Positions 59,896 through 64,000 of a stretch of DNA of 64,000 bases are shown piece by piece. Origin of the DNA: Gemmatales bacterium (GTDB lineage Bacteria; Planctomycetota; Planctomycetia; Gemmatales; HRBIN36); assembly GCA_047602475.1 (NCBI GenBank), contig JASGHE010000006.1, forward strand, positions 632,051 to 696,050. The letters run 5' to 3'. How positions within the stretch are numbered: position 1 is the stretch's first letter; each line of letters begins with the position of its first letter. The notes beneath the pieces were generated by a model. It saw only the letters and a program-made list of their open reading frames with translations, was not told the DNA's origin and searched no databases. The position numbers and the translations under genes are program-made.

Positions 59896-60408
59896 TCAGC
59901 TTGAGCGTTTTGTTTGTCGGCTCCTTGACAACTTCTTGACTACCTTGTCACGGTACTTTTGCCACTCATCGTAGCCCACAAACAAGAGGTTGCCAAGTTG
60001 CTTAGCAGACTCGCATATCGGGCGGTTGGCATACTGAGTGACCACGCCTTCGGGCAACTGACTTTCCTGATCGGGGCTGATTTGTATCAGTACCGGGGAG
60101 TCTTCCGAGTCCTCGCCCTGACAGTTGAAGATAACAAAATTGCCTGCACACGCTACATCGAAAACGAATTGTATAACCGGCAAACTGATTCCACGAATAT
60201 TGAAAGCACAACTGGTGAAAGGCTCTTTAGACTTGAGCCCGTCGGCGTTGAACTCAACATGAACCCCGTCGACAAATTCAACCCGATAGTAGCCAAACTC
60301 ATCCGGTCCTTTGTGCTTTTGCTTCGAGAGAACCTTTAGGACAGGCGCCGTCTTCGTAGCGGCAGAATCGCCAGCGGAAAAATGCTGAAGATGCAAGTCG
60401 AAACTCAT
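59896..60408 (-). CDS. Hypothetical protein in integron-like gene cassette
   Basis: GGAG RBS right after the GTTCTAC core site; MSFDLHLQHF start. Confidence 0.8.
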   Translation of the reverse strand: MSFDLHLQHFSAGDSAATKTAPVLKVLSKQKHKGPDEFGYYRVEFVDGVHVEFNADGLKSKEPFTSCAFNIRGISLPVIQFVFDVACAGNFVIFNCQGEDSEDSPVLIQISPDQESQLPEGVVTQYANRPICESAKQLGNLLFVGYDEWQKYRDKVVKKLSRSRQTKRSS

Positions 60409-60422
60409 CGTTGATCTCCGCT

Positions 60423-60520
60423 GTAGAACGATCCCGTCCACTCGCCAGACCATCCGCAAGAAACCCGAAGTCCCGCGCCATTGTAACGTCGGCCCGGTCA
60501 AGTGCAACGGTTTGTTCGCC
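60423..60520 (-). mobile_element. attC-like recombination site
   Basis: 98 bp, GGCGAAC...GTTCTAC; central 60 bp nearly identical to 59673-59732. Confidence 0.6.
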
Positions 60521-60537
60521 ATCGCCCGCATGTGACA

Positions 60538-60722
60538 TTTAGCCCCCGGCTCTTCAAGCCGGGGGACGATCACGCGCAAATAGTAAAGTGCTACCACCCG
60601 TAACAAAAGGCAATGCCACGGTGACATGGCATAGTCACAACCGGCGGGCCTTGTTATTACATCGTGAATCGAAGCCCTTTCCCGCATGATCGACCCCCGG
60701 CTTAAAGAGCCGGGGGCTAAAT
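60538..60722. repeat. Inverted pair of REP-like hairpins
   Basis: TTTAGCCCCCGGCTCTTCAAGCCGGGGG at 60538-60576 and its near reverse complement at 60683-60722. Confidence 0.8.
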
Positions 60723-60725
60723 AGC

Positions 60726-60815
60726 TCATCTGTTCCCTCCCAACCCAAATAACTTCCTCTCCACCGCCCACCGCTTCCACCCCGAGCACGACGAATCAAT
60801 CCACAACCGCAGTAC
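60726..60815 (-). pseudogene. Diverged duplicate of the 3' end of 62390-63316
   Basis: Encodes LRLWIDSSCS/KRWAVERKLFGLG versus LRLWIDSSCP...KRWVVERRLFGLG. Confidence 0.75.
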
Positions 60816-60862
60816 CTAGGATAGGTCAAACGGTACTCCGCGCCGACCCACCTCTACAGGAT

Positions 60863-62155
60863 TCAAAACACAAACCCCGGCAAACACGAGTTACCCACCA
60901 ACAGATTCTCCCGCCGTATCTCCGCTCCAAGTTCTCGTATCTCATTCACGCTCCGCACACCGACCAGCCTCATGGAGCGTTCCAACTCGGCACGCAGAAT
61001 CTCCATCGCCCGCTTCATTCCGGCGTAACCCCCGGCACCCAGCCCTGCCGCATAAGCACGGCCGATCCCCACCGCCTTCACGCCGTAGGTCAGGGCGATC
61101 AAGATATCCTTGCCGTTTCGGACACCGCCTTCCAGGATGAAGTCCATCTTCGATCCGGCCAGCTTCGGCATCTCTTCAGCGACAATGTGCAACACAGGGG
61201 GCACACGGTCTTCCTGCCTCCCGCCATGGTTTGACCAGACGACCACGGAAGCCCCGGCGTCTTCCGCCCGCTTGGCATCGTCGGCGTGATGCACCCCTTT
61301 CACGATCAGCGGCCCGTCGCCCCACGCTTCCTTGATCCAGCCGAGGTCATCCCACGTCACCGCCGACGAAGCGAGTTGCGTGCCGATGTCAGCAAAGGGC
61401 ATCGGGGTGCCCTTATCGTCGATGTGAATGTTGACAAACTCCATCGTGCCGCCATCGGCCCAATAGCTGGTGAGCCAGGAGAGGTGCGTCAGCATCTGGG
61501 GAGCGAGCCTCAGCTTTTCGGAAAGCAACCCAAATCGCTGACCGAGAGGCATGCCCTTGAACGATTGCAGCGCCGCCGTCGGCCTCATCTTGGCATGGCC
61601 GATTCGGTTGCCTGCGACGGCAGTGTCAATGGTCAGGATCAGCCCGGTGAACCCGGCCTTCCTGGCCCGATGAATGCCTCGAAGGGCGACATCCCGCCCG
61701 CCACACAGGTAGAGCTGGAACCAGCATTTCCCCTTCGACGCTGTAGCGACTTCCTCCATTGGCGTCCCGGTCAGGGTGGAAAGGCCGGCGATGGTTCCGC
61801 ATTCCCCCGCTACCTGTGCCGCAATCGCCTCCGCCTTGGGCCATATTGAACGAAGGCTTCCCACCGGCGAGGCCATCCAGGGTACTTGCAACTCATGCTG
61901 GGCCACGGTGGTAGTCAGATCGAGCGAATCGAACTTGAGTGCCCCCCGTGCGGTGGTCCGTGCCTGCTGAAAGGCCTGCACGTTACCCTTGAGAGTGATC
62001 TCGCCATCGGCTGCGCCGCGAAAATACTCCGCCACCACAGGGGGCACCCGCCGCCTGAACAACCGCCAAAGATCGTCCGTCGTCAACGCCTCCGCCACGC
62101 GCCTGGCCCATTTCTTTTCGCTGCGACGGTGAAGATAATTCAGAAGCTGATTCAT
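60863..62155 (-). CDS. FMN-dependent alpha-hydroxy acid dehydrogenase (LldD-like)
   Basis: WFQLY, LTID, IVKG, SNHGGRQ, EGGVR, GRA. Confidence 0.92.
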   Translation of the reverse strand: MNQLLNYLHRRSEKKWARRVAEALTTDDLWRLFRRRVPPVVAEYFRGAADGEITLKGNVQAFQQARTTARGALKFDSLDLTTTVAQHELQVPWMASPVGSLRSIWPKAEAIAAQVAGECGTIAGLSTLTGTPMEEVATASKGKCWFQLYLCGGRDVALRGIHRARKAGFTGLILTIDTAVAGNRIGHAKMRPTAALQSFKGMPLGQRFGLLSEKLRLAPQMLTHLSWLTSYWADGGTMEFVNIHIDDKGTPMPFADIGTQLASSAVTWDDLGWIKEAWGDGPLIVKGVHHADDAKRAEDAGASVVVWSNHGGRQEDRVPPVLHIVAEEMPKLAGSKMDFILEGGVRNGKDILIALTYGVKAVGIGRAYAAGLGAGGYAGMKRAMEILRAELERSMRLVGVRSVNEIRELGAEIRRENLLVGNSCLPGFVF

Positions 62156-62238
62156 GCCGAGATCCGTTCCATGCTGTGCGCCTTTTGGGTAAGAGGTGCT
62201 ATACGCAATTCTATTGGGTGAAGTGAGGTAGTAGTGAG

Positions 62239-62367
62239 GTAGGGTGGGTCAAGCGGTACTCCGCGCCGACCCACCATAGCGATCACTTATCGTCAAGCCA
62301 AAGGTGGGGCTCGCTAGGTTCAGCTAGTGTGCTAATCACAGCGAGGCGCACGCTCGACCCACCCTAC
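62239..62367. repeat. GTAG-type REP hairpins (direct copy at 60816-60852)
   Basis: GTAGGGTGGGTCAAGCGGTACTCCGCGCCGACCCACC at 62239-62275; inverted CGCTCGACCCACCCTAC ending at 62367. Confidence 0.75.
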
Positions 62368-62389
62368 GGAACTATTGGGAGAAGAGCAC

Positions 62390-63316
62390 TCAAGACTTCC
62401 TCTGTCCCAACCCAAACAACCTCCGCTCCACCACCCACCGCTTGAGACTCGGACACGACGAATCAATCCACAGCCGCAACTCCTTCGCATCCCACAACGA
62501 CCGCCTCCCGATCTTGTGAGGCAACGGGATCTTCGCACCAGCCAGCAACCGATACCAGGTTGCTCGTGAGACACCACACAGCCGAGACGCTTCGCCAGCG
62601 CCAATCAACTCACGGGGCAGGGCATCCTCTTTCACCACCGACCAGCGCTTCCGTCGGCGGTTCTTCGAACCTGCGGTGATCAATCGATCCAGGGCGTACT
62701 TCACCACTACCTGCCCGATGATCTCCGCTTTCTTCGCCGTCGATCGACTGATCATCAGATAATCACCGCGCTGCAACGCCTCCACCTCGACCGGACCCGT
62801 GAGCAGATCAGCATGAGCGAGCCCGTTCAACTCCGCCAGTTGCAGCAATTGAGGGCGGGCGACAAACTCCCGTCCAAAGTCGTGGGCCAGTGACGCATGT
62901 ATGTCAACGAGCCGCTCTTCATTGATATTCAGTGGCACCTTCAGCAGCGTCTGCACCCGGTGCTCCAGTATCGGCCAGCCAAACGTGACATCCCGCATGG
63001 CCCAGTGGAACCACCAGGCATCGGTGTACTTCGTGTTCATGCGGTGCAGGAAGCAGTTGAATTCGTCCAAAAGGGCCTTTTCCAGGGCAATTTTGTGCTG
63101 CTGAATGTCCGTCGCAGCAATCCCTTCCCGTTCAGCCATCAATCCCAGCGAGAAGACTCTGGTCTGATCCAGCCCCAGAATCCGCACCGCAATCGCTGTC
63201 ACCATCGACGTCTGATTCGTCGCCGAAATCAGCGAATTGCAGGCATAATGCACACAAAACAGAGGGGGTTGTCGTCGTTCAACACACTTCCGCACATCCA
63301 CAATCCAGGGGTACAT
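62390..63316 (-). CDS. RNase H/exonuclease-like domain fused to AlpA/excisionase-type HTH
   Basis: EKALLDEF...WFHW.MRD..FG.PILEHR...LVDI; C-terminal EASRLCGVSRATWYRL...IPLPHKIGRRSLW. Confidence 0.65.
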   Translation of the reverse strand: MYPWIVDVRKCVERRQPPLFCVHYACNSLISATNQTSMVTAIAVRILGLDQTRVFSLGLMAEREGIAATDIQQHKIALEKALLDEFNCFLHRMNTKYTDAWWFHWAMRDVTFGWPILEHRVQTLLKVPLNINEERLVDIHASLAHDFGREFVARPQLLQLAELNGLAHADLLTGPVEVEALQRGDYLMISRSTAKKAEIIGQVVVKYALDRLITAGSKNRRRKRWSVVKEDALPRELIGAGEASRLCGVSRATWYRLLAGAKIPLPHKIGRRSLWDAKELRLWIDSSCPSLKRWVVERRLFGLGQRKS

Positions 63317-63652
63317 GGCTGCTCCTTTCGCAGTAAAACGCTTCAAAAGGGCCTTTGGCTAAGCACCCGGCATAATTGGCCACTTACTTAGGGGCCAAAG
63401 TCGCATCTTTTGTCGCATGTTTTCCGCACTGTTACGAAAATAGCCGCAACATTTTCCATGACCTAAGTTCTTTAACATCAACTACTTGTAATCTTCATGA
63501 CCCGTCGAACGGCGAAAACTTTCCCCCGGCACTTGTCGCTTTGCTGGTGGCGTGTAAAGTAGTTGTCCCGCCGCATTGCGACGGGTTTAGTTCTTTGACA
63601 AATTAGGTGATGCTAGGGCGATGCGATTGACATCGACTCCGGTGCAGTTTCT

Positions 63653-63889
63653 GAGCCGGGCGGCGTAAGCCCCCGGAGCGTGAAATCAACCGTAGTTTAA
63701 GACAATCAGTATCAATCGAATGCGAGCAGCTTGAGAATGAAGAGAAGAGTGAGGCAAACGTTACCCTACGTCAGCAGCAGCGAGCCGGGCGGCGTAAGCC
63801 CCCGGAGCAAAGTTGTTGATGTATACGATAGCACTAACGATTGACTAACTTTGAGTGATTAGCGAGCCGGTGGGCGTAAGCCCCCGGAG
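63653..63889 (+). repeat. Three REP-like direct repeats
   Basis: GAGCCGGGCGGCGTAAGCCCCCGGAG at 63653, 63782 and 63864; spacers of about 102 and 55 bp. Confidence 0.85.
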
Positions 63890-64000
63890 TGCTGATAACG
63901 AGATGGTGGTCAATGCGGCCAAGCTATCAAGGGCGCAGGGGGGATGTCTAGGCACCAAACGGCAGAAGGGCGTGGCAAACTGCGAAAAGCTCGGGGAAGT

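Noticed and set aside
60409-60789. N-terminal extension of ORF 59896-60789
   Set aside because: It translates attC-like and REP DNA; the RBS and ATG at 60408 give the plausible start.
63653-63889. Possible CRISPR array (three 26-27 bp repeats)
   Set aside because: Spacers of about 102 and 55 bp are irregular and too long, the repeat is a GC-rich REP-like hairpin, and no cas genes are present.
1-64000. tRNA, rRNA, tmRNA, IS transposase or phage structural genes
   Set aside because: No diagnostic motifs seen by eye; tRNAscan-SE, cmscan and ISEScan would be needed to exclude them formally.

Overview
64 kb of accessory DNA, most likely from a Planctomycetota (Gemmatales-like) genome, judging by two TIGR03000-type proteins, a YXWGXW-repeat protein and planctomycete-style REP/attC repeats. 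It has four blocks. (1) 1-5012: a minus-strand operon ECF sigma factor / HTH-like protein / ImmA-IrrE metallopeptidase / NurA-like / HerA ATPase / DUF2130. (2) ~5.6-48.6 kb: a general-stress island (ppa, MgtC, cupin, DUF4142 x2, PaoABC-XdhC-MocA, CheB-CheR plus histidine kinases, DUF2171, DUF2892, aldo-keto reductase, diheme cytochrome c, TopIB, split LigD plus Ku). About 20 of its genes have sigma54-type GG-N10-GC promoters upstream, and it holds two homologous copies of an unannotated structured RNA showing compensatory base changes (31830-32275 +, 18422-18609 -). (3) ~49-58.8 kb: a probable integrative element with a disrupted large serine recombinase, an orphan R-M-type controller protein with two 35-bp C-box operators, and a ubiquitin-like conjugation operon (Ubl, E2-zinc finger, JAB, E1, GP88, two unknowns, degenerate second E1). 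(4) 58.9-64 kb: two attC-like gene cassettes, REP-like hairpins, an FMN alpha-hydroxy-acid dehydrogenase and a nuclease-like/AlpA fusion. About nine 1-2 bp indels, mostly in short homopolymers, split or fuse ORFs and are probably sequencing errors. No rRNA, tRNA or CRISPR array was found. All family calls come from reading motifs by eye; no database search was run.
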